From NCBI GenBank assembly GCA_951406725.2, contig OX597815.1, positions 121,706,001 through 121,770,000 on the forward strand: DNA of 64,000 nt. Reading direction: 5' to 3'. Position numbers and translations under genes: made by a program. The notes below the pieces were generated by a model. That model ran no database searches and was not told the origin of the DNA. It saw only the letters and a list, made by a program, of their open reading frames with translations. Positions 10,051 to 24,169 of this stretch are shown one piece after another. Within the stretch, counting starts at the first letter, position 1, and each line of letters opens with the position of its first letter. The DNA is from Octopus vulgaris (lineage: Eukaryota).

Positions 10051-13004
10051 TCTACTCCCTCTCTTTCTTTCTATCTATCTATCTATCTATCTATTTCTGT
10101 ATGTGCATGCATATGTGAGTGTTTGTGTTTGCCTCCAGTGCCAAACATACCCTGCCACCAAAACAGGTTAAATCTCCTGTCAGTTGTGCCAAATTGTTAG
10201 CATCCAAACAGTTACAACCAATTGTTTCATTCCTATGACTTACACAAAATAAAACTGAAAAACTGAACATCCAGAGACTCACTTTTGGGTTCTGTTTCTT
10301 ATTAGCTGTTTCAGCTGGCCAAAACTTTTAATTTCAAACTATACATATTACATATTACTTGTTAAATTCCACATTAGTTCTCAAAAAAAAATTTAATTTA
10401 ACTGTATTAATGTATACAGTATCTGTCATTTATACTATATATCCATATTTTTCCATAATTCACATGACTAAGTGAAGGGGAAAATAAATAAATAATTTTT
10501 TGGTTTTGTTTTTTTAATATGAATAATCAACTTTTAATCTTAGGATCGAAAAACAACTAAATGTCAAATTTCCATTTTTCATTTTGGTTAATTAGGAAAA
10601 AATATTTTGAGCCTTACGTTATTATCTTTCATTTAGCATATATAGAGTTCTGCATTCATTTTAAATTCTAATTTAGTTGAAAGTTTGGTGCATTTCATTA
10701 TTTACTGCTGAAATTGACAGGGAAAAGATTATTAGTTGTATTTCCTAATTAATCTTATGAACTCAACTATTTGCAGTTATGTTATATTCTTTTCAAGGTT
10801 ATATCTGATGGAAGTCAGTGTTTGAGCCCCATGATCTTACAACTTGTAGTTGAATATAGTTATACCAGACACCCACTGAATATTTAGAAATTTAAACTGT
10901 AACTAACAAGGTTGAAATTCTTCTAAGAATTTCATTTATGCTAACAAAATAAATAATTTTCTAAGGGAGTAAAATTACTTAATTGCTAAGTTTACATTTC
11001 ATATAAAAGCAGGTTATGGTCTAAGATCCTTATCTCTGTAACATATACAGTAACAATTCTTCATAACTGCTGTACTAACATGTTAAAATGTTGACTTCAT
11101 TTGTTTGTTTAATGTCTGTTTTTCCATATTAGTCTGGATTGGATGGGGACTTATTTGAGGTAGCATTTTATTGTTAGATGCCATTCCTGCTGCTAACTCT
11201 TACCTGCTTTTCAAGTAACTTATTAGCACTAACATGTTTTATGGGCAACTTGTTAACACTATCCTGTTAGGAAAAGTATTTATCTATAAAAGAATTCTGA
11301 AGGCATCTATATTTGCAGTGCCTGGCTATTGAGTCACGAGGCTTTGAAAATTATCTTAGTTTGTACATGTGAACAGAATAGTAACTGGAAATAGCAATGG
11401 AAATTACAATTGCATTTCTAGGAAGCCTGGTTATATAAATGTGTTAATACAACTTAAATAATGCCCTGATGATATTTTCCTTTTAAAATCTACATTGCTG
11501 TCTTACTTTTTAAATCTCTTATATTTATACAGTTCTTTAATAGCAATATTGCCACAGCTGCAGTAGCTGATTTAGTTTTTTTTTCTTTTTCTTTTTATGT
11601 TATTATTGAATGGTTGATGTATTAGTTAGATTGCAACTTGATAACTCTTATTCTAAAACCTGAATTCCCAACAAGATGTTGTGGGGTTTCTTTTTCAGCT
11701 CCATTGATCAGTCTCTCTTCTAACATATTCCATGTATGATGATTCAGTCTTTCTGTACGTCAGGGATTTCATTGACTAATGTGTCCTTTTTTTTTAAATA
11801 AGAGGTAATTTATCAGCTCCTTCTAGCACCTCATCCAGTTTCATTGTAAAAAGAAAATGTCATTTTATATGTTATTATTAGTTGGTCAGAAAAGATGGGT
11901 AGTACCCATAATCCTCAAAGGTTGATGAAATGTTGATCTTAACTAGAGGAAACCTTCTCTCTCACATTTTTGTGTCATGACTCTGGAGCTAAACAGCATT
12001 CTTTAAATGTTTTTCCAAGAATTAATAATTTATATATGTTTAGATATCAGTTAATAAATCCAGATTGTTCTAAATCCAAATATAACTGATGAAATTCTCC
12101 TGATAAAACATTAGCTTATTCTTTGTTACAAAAAAAAAAGTAAAACAAACCAAAAATTCTTTCTTACCTTTGATATTTTACAAAATGCTAGTAGTTACTT
12201 AGTTAAAATATTTATTGATTATTTGATGTCAAAATTTTAGTAATATTAAAAATGTAATTCTTCCAGGAAAGATCAAATGGGAAGGTGAGTTCAAACATAT
12301 GTTGCAATGAACTCTTGGATATGAAGATAAACTAGCTTGGAACTTTGAAAGTCATTTGTTGATACACCTTATTTAAAACTGTATCATATAGCCTTAATTT
12401 CTCTTTAGTATACTAACTTCCATTCTCATTAGGGGAAAAAATACTATGTTAATAAAAACTTTGCATTATAACCGATCCTCACAATCATAGCTATACTTTG
12501 CCCCTGGCTAAAGGGCATCTCAGTTCTCAAACCTTAAATGAATTATTTATTAACTTACACTTTGAACTTAAGTTGCTCAGCTACTATTTATAAGTGTGTC
12601 AGCAACTTAATTTGTGTAACAACAACAAAAACAAAGGGTTTATGCTTATTTATTTCCATAAATAACATACAGTTGTTAATTAAAAATATACTCTAGCTTA
12701 TTTTGATGATGATGAATATTATTGAAGGTTTATGGATTACAATAGTTTGAAAAATAACTGAACACTTGGTCTAGTATATGGTAATCATTTTTTATTGTGG
12801 TAAAATGTAAATGTTTATATTTAGACTCAGGCAATTTGCAGTATTCTTATCAAATAAAAAAAAAACAGTTGAGAGAGATTTTTAGCGAGATCATATATAA
12901 TAGCTTTAAGTTGCATAAATGCAGGGAATATTAATAATGATGATAATAACAATACTAATAATAATAATAATGATGATGATGATGATGATAATAATAGTAA
13001 TAAT

Positions 13005-13557
13005 GCCCTTATGCAGTAGCAGGCAGTGGCTCTCATTGCTTCTGATCTTAACTGATTGGAAGTGTTATCATGTACATTGTTTTGTCTTGGTATAAAAGAT
13101 GGGCTACAGCAAATATTCTGCTCAATACCACAGATTTGCTTGTCAGTTGTTTGACCTTAGCCAGTTGAGCATGTCCTTAGTGGCTGACGATATGTGCATT
13201 TTTGATCACGAGCAGAAGTAGTGGGGGAGCATCATAGCCATGTGTTGAGAAGGATTCTTGGGGGTTTGAATAATTCACCTCTGGAAACATGGGTGTTTCG
13301 TTCAACATCCTTAAACAACCTTTATTCAGGGACCTTTTGAGTGGGATGGGTTACTCGACCTGAAGAAAATTCCAACTGGGCCCCACCTGCAAGGTCATGT
13401 GCTATTTATCTTGATATGAGATCACCTTGTCGCGCACATATGGTTGTAATGCATGTGCCTAGTGTACCCTTATCAGACGGGTAGTCATGATGGGTATACT
13501 GGGCTTCGTATATTTTACTCCAGTGTCACTTTGATGGCATGCACTGCTCTCTCACTC
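13005..13557. mobile_element. Non-coding, GC-richer interspersed element embedded in (AAT)n
   Basis: Sharp compositional boundaries with (AAT)n/(GAT)n on both sides and no ORF. Mobility is inferred. Confidence 0.5.
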
Positions 13558-14393
13558 AATAATAATAATAATCCTTTCTAATATAGGCACAAGGCCTGAA
13601 ATTTTGGAAATGAGAGCTATTTGTTTACATTGACCTCAGTGCTCAACTGGTGCTATTTCACTGACCACAGAAGGATGCTAGGCAGAAATCTACCTGAATT
13701 CAGAACATAAAAACTAACCAAATGCTGCTAAGCATTATGCTAATGATTTTTCTAGCTCACTACCTTATATTATGGTTTCAAATTTTGGTGTAAGACCAGC
13801 AATTTAGTGGTTAGGAACTAGTTGATTACATTGACCTGTGTTCAACTGGCACTTCATTTTATTGACTCTGAAAAGATGAAAGACAGAGTTGACTCAACAG
13901 AATTTGAACTCAGAATGTAAAGATGGAAATTACCAGGTGAAAATTGATGGAAATAACCACTGTGAATGTTTATTTTATTAATAACTTTTTTTCTCTACAT
14001 ATTTCATTTTAGTACATATTTTTGATAAGGTTTGTAAACAACCAAAACATGTAAAACAAAAGCATTTTTAAGGTATTTATATAAAGAAATTTAAATGTAG
14101 CTAATTTTTAAAAAGTTGCATTTTAAATCTTCTTTTTCATAAATATCTACTTAGTCATGTGTTACCTCTACATTTTCAAATATATATATATATCTCCCTC
14201 TCTCTCTTTCGGAGAGGCACTGAGCAGCTATACGCACACATACACACACGGCAGTAACTTCCACCTACCGAATTCAATCACAAAGCTCCGGTCAGCTCGG
14301 GGCTATAGTGGAAGACACCTACCCAAAGTGTCACGCAGTGGGACTGAACCTGAAACCATGTAGCTAGGAAGCAAGCTCCCTAACCACACAGCC

Positions 14394-14432
<39 letters not shown>

Positions 14433-15594
14433 ATCATATACATATATAATTATATACACACACACACATATAATCTTATACATATGTATATGGTTTAAAA
14501 AACCTGATTTGTCTTCTTCAAATGGAGTAAAGGTCCTCTCTAAAATGTTATCTTGGAATTCTGTCAGTCTTCAGCAACAAATATTTACAAAGTCCTATAA
14601 GTAGCTAAGTAGACTGCAAGCTTTCTTGAACAGTACTGATACAAATTGGAATGAGTTATCAAGAGAACCAGTTTAAAAATAGATCTGAGGAATACTGAAA
14701 GACCCTTAAATTCAAAACACCATTCTGATATGCAAACAGATGACATTTCAAAATATTTATAGGAATTACCTATTGGGTATAAAAGCTGAAAATAATGCCA
14801 GTTCTTAAAGTTGAAGTCATTTGTGAAAAAAAAGGATATGATGCACTCTTTCTGTTTGCTGATGCTAAGATTATCTAATTATAAATCCCTTTTAGAAGAT
14901 TTAGTTGTATTGAATGTCAGGTAGGTTTAATCATAGTTGTAAAGGAATGATAACTTCTTTCATACACAGAGGTGGGGTGTAGAGGTTACATAATGATATT
15001 GATTAGTGTGCAGATGCAAGCATGGCTATGTGGTTAAAATGTCTGCTTCCCAACCATATGGTTCCAGGTTGAATCATATTACATGATACCTTGAGCAAAT
15101 GTCTTCTACTACAGCCTTGGGTCAACCAAAATTATGCAAGTGAATTAGGTACATGGAAACTGAAAGAAGCCTTTGTATGTATGTATGTGTGTGTGTGTGT
15201 ATATATATATATATACATACACACATACATATAATCATCATCATTGTTGTTATCGTCATCATCATTGTTGTTATCGTCATCATCATCATTTAACATTTTT
15301 GTCTTCCATGATGGCATAGGTTGGATAGTTTGACAGGAGCTAGCAAGGCAGTGGACTGCACCAAGCTTCTCTATCTTTTGGCATGGTTTTTACAGCTGGA
15401 TGCCCTTTCAAACACTAACCACTTTATGGTGTAAACAAGATACATTTTACCTGGCACTAGCTTCAGTAAATCACCAAGTAACTTGCAACAGAAAGACTAT
15501 TTGAGAAAGTGGGTATTGGAGGAGGTGGCTTTGTGCCAGATGACGAGAGCTTAAAGTATGATAGAGGGACAGAAACAGGTGTCTTGTTTTAAAG

Positions 15595-15839
15595 CAGTGG
15601 TTCCCAAACTTTTTCAAGCCACATTCCTAGTGCCCCCACCCCAACTAACCATCACAAACATAGACCTCTTTCTGAAGCAAATTCAAAGTAAATGTATTTC
15701 ACAAATAAAACTTAACCTAACGAACCCATTATTTTGTTTTTACGTGAATTGCTACCCCATTATCACCCCACTTTTTTTAATGTCACCTTGGCATTTTCCA
15801 CCCCCAAGGGGGCAATATTGCCCACTTTGGGAACCACTG
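15595..15839. mobile_element. hAT-type MITE
   Basis: Perfect 14-bp TIRs cagtggttcccaaa / tttgggaaccactg (CAG start typical of hAT). The 8-bp TSD is not preserved. Confidence 0.75.
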
Positions 15840-17072
15840 CTATATGGGTGTATGTATGTGTGTTTTTATATGTATATATATATGTGTGTGAAGGCACATG
15901 GTCCAGTGGTTAGAGCGTCGAGCTTACAATCATGATGTGAGTTCAGTTCCCAGACTGGGCTGCATGTTCTTGAGCAAGACACTTTAACATTGCTCCAGTT
16001 CACTCAACTGTAGAAATGAGTTGTGACATCACTGGTGCCAAGCTGTATCAGCCTTTGCCTTTCCCTTGGATAACATCAGTGGTATGGAAACGAGAGGCTA
16101 GTATGCATGGGTGACTGCTGGTCTTCCATAAAAACAACCCTAGGTAGTGCATTCACCAGTGAGGCAACTTTCCACCCAGACTTGTACCCTGGAGGGGAAC
16201 CTCTTAGGTGTGCCCGCCCATGGTCATTCATGACTGATGGAATCTCGTTTCTACATTTCTACATACATGCATGCATCCATCCACACACACACACACACAC
16301 ACGCACACACACACACATACATACATAAATACATGCATGCATGATGGAGCCTTGTATCTTTGTTGGAAACTGGTTCCCCATTCAGTGGATGATTCATAAT
16401 TATTAAAAAATAGAAGAGACGTACATACATACATACATAGACACACACACACGTGATTGTGTTTCCTTGACTTTGCATTGTGTGGTAGTTGTAAATAAGT
16501 ATCACCGTCATACAAGCAATGTCATTTATCCTTGAAAACATGTCCAGTCATGGGTACATACTGCCTTACTTGGAAACAAATGAGGATTGGCAACAAAAGA
16601 GCATCTGGTCATAGAAAACCTGTCTCAACGAATTTCACCTGACCCATGCAAGCATGGAAAAGTGAACACCAGAACAATAATTACAATGATGATTATGACA
16701 AAGATGGTAGTGAAAGAAATGGCACACAACCAAAATAAATGTTAACCATGTATTCAGATTGGCATATTCACTATATTTTTCCTTTGGAATTTCTGTCACT
16801 GTAAGAAAGCCTTATGGTCTGTATGATAAAATATTCATAAGGTTTTGTTATGGCTTAAGTGGAGGTGATATGATTTCATTAAAATATACTTTTGATTCTG
16901 TTCAATTATTCATTTTGTGATATAATTAAAAATTCATTTTAGAAGGAAGTACTTGACAACATTGATTTTTTTCCTTATCCATTTTACTTCTATGTACTAC
17001 AATCAAATCCAAGCTGCCACTAGCCTTGCATAGGTCAGACTATTATGTTTAGTAAGTATACAGTAAATATAG

Positions 17073-17465
17073 GCTCAGACATAACTGCATGTTGAGGGAC
17101 TTGATTCTCAGCCACATACTTCTGGGTTCAGTCCCTCTGTGTGGCACCTTGGGCAAATGTCTTTTACTGTAGCCTCAGACCAATGAAACATTGTGAGTAG
17201 ATTTGGTAGATGGAAACTGAAAGTCTGTTGTGTATATATATATATATATGTGTGTGTGTGTTTATCTTTGTGTCTGTGTTTGTCTCCTACAACACTTGAC
17301 TTGGTGTTGGTGTATAGCTTAGCAGTTCAGTAAAAGAGTCCAATAGAATAAGTACCAGGTTTTAAAATAAATTAATATTGGAGTCAATTCCTTCAACTAA
17401 AATATTTTCAAGTCAGTGCCCCAACATGGCTGCAGTCTAATGACAGAAATAAGGATAAAAGATAT
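17073..17465 (+). mobile_element. tRNA-derived SINE with internal (TA)/(TG) microsatellite
   Basis: Diverged copy of the 31722-32120 family. Confidence 0.8.
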
Positions 17466-17466
17466 A

Positions 17467-17904
17467 TTGTAAATCCTCGTTTTTCCCCAAAATTTAAAGG
17501 TCAAAATCCCTAGTGCATACTATATACAAGGTTAAAAATGAAAAACATTCTCTAAGCAATGTCCGAGTCTCTACTGTCCAGTAATGTTCATTCAGATGAT
17601 TTTGTGAATCATCCATAACTTGCAGTAAGCAACATTTATTAAACGTTATTACTGTTATTTCTTTATTTTCTGCAAACAAAATACACAAAAAAGCTACACG
17701 TTTGCATTATGTTATATATACAATAATAATAAAGGACGTTACTGTATACATTTTTATAAACAAAGGACATTATATAGACCTCCTTGACTCAAGTTAGAGA
17801 AGGGGTGCATATTATACACAAGGTTTAGGTTTTTCAGAGGTACAGCCTCCTAAAAATCCCCTGCATATTATACTCAAGGGCGGACTATACCTGAGGATTT
17901 ACAG
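17467..17904. mobile_element. Tc1/mariner-pogo-type MITE
   Basis: TA-flanked TIRs (t)tgtaaatcctc / gaggatttacag, with repeated subterminal tgcatattatac.caagg motifs. Confidence 0.65.
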
Positions 17905-17949
17905 TACCTAAATCAGTTAGTGCAATAACTATACATCATGAATTAAACC

Positions 17950-18295
17950 ATCAGCCAGGTGCCTTCGTATGTCCAAGGTCAGCTTGCCATGGCTCTCCAG
18001 TTCCTTCTGTGTTATGCTGCATACTTTCAATCATTCAGGTTCTTGTTTCCATTTCATTCTTTGATGTTGTCAATTCACAGATGTCTTTGATGGCCTTTTA
18101 CTCTCTTCCCCTCAACACTTCCTGTCTGGATGGTTTTGGGCAATGACTCATAGTATGTTGTATGTCCAAAATATAATAGCTTTGTGGACTTGATTCTTTG
18201 CAGTAGGTATCTTTAGACTTTCAGCTTTTATGCTACTGCAACATTTGTTACCCTGTCTTTCCAACTTATTCTGCTCTGTATTAGGAACCTAAGAT
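17950..18295 (-). mobile_element. Decayed RTE-clade LINE C-terminal fragment
   Basis: Minus-strand remnants KLLYFGH...KTIQTGSVEGKRVKG...IDNIKE...RRNWRAM. Confidence 0.6.
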
Positions 18296-18343
18296 GAATA
18301 ATTAAATTAATTTGAACTCTTTTTTTTTTTTTTTTCCTAACAG

Positions 18344-18432
18344 GAATTGTTTAGGTGAAGCCCATGAACCTTGCTGCTGTGATAACTGGAAACAATGGCA
18401 TCAGAAAATAGCAGAAATCAAACCAGAGCAAT
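18344..18432 (+). CDS. ANKIB1: ANKIB1-like exon (IBR C-terminal part)
   Basis: Long poly-T tract plus CAG acceptor, donor T|GTAAGT (phase 1). Completes the W codon split from the previous exon, then [29 protein letters not shown]. Confidence 0.94.
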
Positions 18433-20777
18433 GTAAGTTAAAATTAAATATGAACTTGATGTACAATTCAAAAAAAAAAAAAAAAATCACAATTTTTAGG
18501 TAAATGTTATAAATTTGTTTCTTATGACTTTGCTTTTAGTGTCATTAAATTTAGAAATAAGTCCAAAGAAAAACAAAAAAAAAAAGGAAACTCTGAAATT
18601 AGCAGCAGTTAATAAAGCTAATTATCATGAATGATATTTTATGATTGCTGTGACAGTTTCTCACTTCACTCATTGGATATGTTGTGAATCAGTAAAGCAT
18701 GTGTTGGATGTTTTAATCAACCGTTAATGTTGATGCATTTTGTTGTTTTTTTAAATATTTCCTGAAGAGAAAAAATTGAACATTTTGATCTAATCCATTG
18801 CTATCAGCATCAGCTGATAAGAGTGCCTCTGTCTTATCAACTGTCATCACCTCTCAATTAGTGATAAAATCATCTGTCTCCTTCCATGATGTCCAAAATG
18901 TCTTTGATTATAGTTGCGAAAATATGTGTGTGTATTTTTGTAGATGTAATTGAAACACTGAATCATATTATGGAAAAACAGAAAGCTCAGTGATGTTTGC
19001 ATGGAAAAGCAATAGTCATTGGTGTTAACATACTTAACACACCAAAGGGGAAATGACATTAATCAATGACTAATATTATTTTAATTGTTATGACAAATTT
19101 AGGAGGCAATTATGCCTTGCAAATACCTTAGTGAGTGTAGTGGTTAGTTATATGTATAGTTATACTACAGAATCTTGCGTTCTTGAACAGTGGGTGGTGT
19201 GTTGATATCTTTGATACTCATCTTCATAGTATATTATTTGTCTGTAATATTTCTATTGTATTACCAGCTGCTCTGCAACTGTTTCTGTATGTGTGTATCA
19301 GTGATCTGAATGCTTCATTTATTTTGTTGTGTTTAGTGGGTTTTTTTGTTTTTTTTATGAGCATCACTATGTCTACCAGATAATGTAATGAGGGAATGTC
19401 TGTCTGGTTTGTTTTAGATGGTGTTTAACAAGGTGTAAGTTTGTGTTAAAAGTATCTGTTTTTGTGTTGTACATTTGGGTTGGGGCTAGAGATGAGCGTG
19501 TTGTGCATTGTGATGTGTAGTGTATTGTTTTATATTGATTGTAAAGAATTCGTTTGGTTGAAATAATGGGAACAGGTTGGATGGTGGTGGTTGTGGTGGA
19601 TGTCAAATAGTATTTGTCTAAACCAGTTTTTGTTGTGTGATTGCTTTAAAATGTATATTATTATTATTTCTTTAAAAAAGTGAATGAGAAATAAAAGCAA
19701 GTATAAAGAATATTACAAAGAATTACACATGGAAACAGAAAACGTACAGAATTTGTAAGATATATGTTTGCCCATTCATAATGGTATGATGGTGTAGTGA
19801 AGATGCTTGCTGCACAGCTATGTGGTTATGGGTTCAATTCCACTGTGCAGTACCCTGGCCAAGTGTCTTCTGCTATAGATTCTGGCCAACAAATGACTTG
19901 TGAGTGAATTTGATAAATGGAAACTGGAAGAAACTTGTGTGTCTTTGGTTCTGTTTCAGTCATACCTTCCCACTACCACTTAACTGGTTACTTAGTGGAT
20001 CAGCAAAAGAGATCAATAGAATATGTACCAAACTTCAAGCAAAAGAGTAAGTACTAGGGTCAATTTGTTCAACTAAACTCTTTAGAATGGTGTCCAAAAT
20101 GGCTGCAGTCCAGTGACTGCAACAATTAAAAGATAAAAGACAAGAACTTATTTGGTTCTAAATTAGAGTATTTGTAAAGAAATATTTAGTCAAATAACCC
20201 AGTGAGAATATTTTTCAGCAAAATTTACTAGGGAGCTGTTTCTTTACCATTTTTTTTCTTCTGCTGCTTGAAATTTTATAATTGATTCATAATTTTCATA
20301 ATCATTAAATTTCAAAATAATGATTCTAAAAATTAATGATATTATTAATGTATTAATAATTCATGTTATCAAAAAATTTACATTTTGGGAATATGATCAT
20401 TATCAATAATTGTTAAATTGCGGTAACTACTTTTAGAAAACCATTATAGCCTAATTCTGAAATTAAATTCTGTCCAGTGAAATAATTATCAAACATCAGC
20501 TATATCTACAACTTCATCACCATATCATGTAAAAGAAAAGGGCATGGTTATGTGGTAAGAGGGTTGTTTCTCAACTACATGGTTCCAGGTTCAGACCAAT
20601 TGCATGTTTTCTACTATAGCTTTGGGCCAACCAGAACTTTGTGTGTGGATTTGGTTGATGGAAATTGAATGAGACCTGTTGTATTTGTGTATGGGCCTTG
20701 AGTCTTAAGAATCCGCATGACAAAACTATATATATATATATATATATATATAAATATGGTAATATAAATAATATAGC

Positions 20778-20934
20778 TGTGGCTGTGTGGTAAGTAGCTT
20801 GCTTACCAACCACTTGGTTCCGGGTTCAATCTCACTACGTGGCACCTTGGGCAAGTGTCTTCTACTATAGCCTCGGGCTGACCAAAGCCTTGTGAGTGGA
20901 TTTGGTAGACAGAAACTGAAAGAAGCCCATCGTA

Positions 20935-20989
<55 letters not shown>

Positions 20990-21178
20990 ATATATTTGTG
21001 TTTGTCCCCCCAACATTGCTTGACAACCGATGCTGGTGTGTTTATGTCCCCGTAACTTAGCAGTTCAGCAAAACAGACCGATAGAATAAGTACTAGGCTT
21101 CCAAAGTATAAGTCCTGGGGTCGACTAAAGGCGGTGCTCCAGTATGTTAAATGACTGAAACAAGTAAAAGAGTAAAGA
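20778..21178 (+). mobile_element. tRNA-derived SINE, near full length
   Basis: High similarity to 31722-32120, with an (agtaaa)n-like tail. Confidence 0.9.
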
Positions 21179-21193
21179 ATAATATATATATAC

Positions 21194-21224
<31 letters not shown>

Positions 21225-21413
21225 ATAATAATATAAATAATATCTATATGCATATATGGGTACAGGACATCACCAACTGTGTAAACAGCATCAAGTTCGA
21301 AAACAGTGAATTAATTACACAAACAATGAGAGAAATAATGGAAAATAGGACAAGTAACACAGAGAATGACCTTTCATCAGTTGTTGGCTGTCTATCTACT
21401 CATTTCGAGCATT

Positions 21414-21445
<32 letters not shown>

Positions 21446-23041
21446 CAGTGGCGGCCAAAATGTTCAGAACGGCATTGTTTTCGTCAGAAAAGTAGATATA
21501 TTTTTTTAACAAAAGTTGTTTTATATTCTATAATTTTCACAGACAATAAATACGATATTATTTGTTATTGCCTGAGATTTTGGTGTAATTTGACAGGATA
21601 ATACAAAAGTTATGGATGATTTAGTGATTTACTGCAAAACCCATAGCGGCCAAAATGATCAGAACGGTTGCTTTTACTTCGTGTTTTAGTATATTTAACC
21701 GGCGAACTCTAATGTTTTGAATTTGTTTACTAAACATTAGTAAGAATATTTGTTGTGTACTTTGTTAATATAATGCCACTTATTCTGTTACCAATTTGTC
21801 AGCAGATTATTAAGCTTCGAAGGAAGGATAATTTAAGTAGTGGATCTATTGCAAAGATTGTTAACAAGTCAAAAAGTGTTGTACACGGTATTCTTAAGGT
21901 CTACGATGATTGTGGTTCGTGTGAAGCAAGAAAGTTTACAGGTAGGCCAAGAAAAACGACCAAGAGAGAAGATCGTGCTATGGTAAAGTTGGTTAAAAAG
22001 GACAGATTTAAAACTGCTGCTGCTGTTTCTCGGAAAATGAGCATTGTATTGAAGAAAACTTTATCTCGAAAAACTGTCTCGTCGTTTAGTTGAACATGAC
22101 CTACAAGCAAGAGCACCTACAGTGAAGCCACTGATCAGCTCCAAGAATAAAAAGTGTCGTCTTACCTTTGCAACCGAACATGTGTTGTGGTCTCAAGAAA
22201 GATGGCAGATGGTGCATTTCAGTGATGAATCTAAGTTTATGTTATTTGGCTCAGATGGGAAAAGTAGGTGAAAAATTGTCACCTAAATGCCTTAAGACTA
22301 GTGTTAAATTCGGTGGAGGAAGTGTCATGGTTTGGGGGATGATATCTGGAGATGGTGTGGGCCCTTTGGTGCGATTACATGGAAAGATAAATGCAAGAGT
22401 TTATAAACAACTTGTAAAAGATCATGTCTTGCCTGTGCTGAGAAATTCAACTAAGCGACCACCCATATTCATGCAGGACAATGCCCCATGTCACAAGGCT
22501 AAGGTGGTCAAAAACTTCCGCAAGGCTGAAAAGGTTATTGTTATGGATTGGCCTGCTCAAAGCCCAGATCTCAATCCTATTGAAAATGTATGGAATATTC
22601 TAGGAGAACGTTCGAAAGCCAGTAATCCTAAAACAACTGAGCAATTATGAAATGCCCTTCAGGAAGAATGGAATAAGATCACCCAGCAAGAAATTGAAAA
22701 TTTAATTTCTTCATGCAGTCGAAGATGTCAGAGTGTGATTGAAGCTAAAGGGCTTCACACTGAATATTAAATAATTCCAGTATTCTCTGTCATTTTTGAT
22801 TATTTTGTTATTTTTCTCAACCGTTCTGATCATTTTGGCCGCCATGGGTTTTGCAGTAAATCCCTAAATCATCCACAACTTTTGTATTATCCTCTCAAAT
22901 TACACCACAATCTCAGACAATAACAATTAATATTGTATTTATTGTCTGTGAAAATTATAGAATATAAAACTACTTTGATAAAAACTTATACTTACTTTTC
23001 TGACGAAAACAATGCCGTTCTGAACATTTTGGCCGCCACTG
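21446..23041 (+). mobile_element. Full-length Tc1-family (DD34E) transposon with long IR/DR termini, inactivated
   Basis: TA-flanked, with ~225-bp TIRs (21446-21670, 22818-23041), each carrying two gcggccaaaatg.tcagaacgg direct repeats. Confidence 0.95.
21773..22770 (+). pseudogene. Tc1 transposase pseudogene
   Basis: GRPRK, FSDESKF, SVMVWG, FMQDNAPCH...WPAQSPDLNPIE (34 residues between D and E). Frameshifts near 22080 and 22262, stop at 22648-22650. Confidence 0.93.
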
Positions 23042-23049
23042 TATATATA

Positions 23050-24010
23050 CTAGCTGACATACCCGACAATTCCCAGGAAAGCGGGGCTTATCCCTTGATT
23101 CCATTCTCATAATTGTTTCACTAAACCAATAACAACAATGCAAAGTATATAGCCCTTAAAACGTTTTTTGTGCATTTACAGAGAATACCGAAGTGTCTTA
23201 CACAGGATCTTGTTTTTAGGAATTCCCAATAAGTTATGAATACCCAAATTGTGAAGTCAGTTATGTAATAACATGAAATTAGTTACCTGATATTAAGAAT
23301 TCAAATAAAGTAGCCCCAAAAAGGGCTTTAATGCATTCCCAGAGTATATAGAACATAGGAGGAAATACTAATAAGGTATGTATACTAATAAGGTATGTAT
23401 ACTAAAACGTATGTATACTAATAAGGTATGTATACTAAAACGTATGTTATGTAATAATAGGCTAATCAGATATGAGATAATAACAATTCAAAGAAAATAA
23501 CTCTGAAAAGGGCTTTTGTGCATTCCTTGAGTATATTACCCTCAGGGGTGCTAGTACTGGTGTATTCATGAATAAGTCACTAACCAAAATAAGTGGATCT
23601 ATTGTTTAGGAAAATACTATTTACTTGGTTAAGGGTTGTACTGGATAAATTGTGAAAATAACTAACAGTTCAAATACTAAGAAATAAGCATACTCAGTTT
23701 CATTTTTACCAAATAATTTAGGAAAATGAATGGGTTATTTACCTTGGCTATATATAAGGTTCCCTTCCAAGGGTTATTTCTGTTGGTTTTTGAAATAAAA
23801 TATATTAGATATATATAAGGATCTCTTCCAGGTGCCCTATTATAATAATTATCGATTTTTTTCCAACAATCTGAGTATGCCATGAGGTTTCCAGACATGA
23901 GTTCTACTCACATGTCAAGGTTCATCGAAATCAATAAAACTGTGTTGGAGGAGTTAGCTAACAGTTCCAAAAACACACCCACAGACAGAATTTCCCACAT
24001 ATGTAGTAGA
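23050..24010 (-). mobile_element. Non-autonomous Helitron-like element
   Basis: On the minus strand A|TC...CTAG|T boundaries, a degenerate GC hairpin ~10 nt before CTAG, a (CAGA) motif near the 5' end and internal tandem repeats (tatactaataaggtatg). Confidence 0.65.
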
Positions 24011-24134
24011 TATCCAGGTTCAGTCCCACTGTATGACATCTTGGGCAAGTGTCTTCTACTATAGCCTCAGGTTGACCAAAGCCTTGTGAGTAGATTTTGT
24101 AGATGGAAACTGAAAGAGGCCCATCGTATATATA

Positions 24135-24167
<33 letters not shown>

Positions 24168-24169
24168 AA

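Noticed and set aside
21361-21415. Minus-strand GAAA...CUGAUGA arrangement suggesting a type II hammerhead
   Set aside because: Helices I and III cannot be formed convincingly in this copy.
23365-23447. Short direct repeats resembling a CRISPR array
   Set aside because: No unique spacers; a minisatellite inside a Helitron-like element in eukaryotic DNA.
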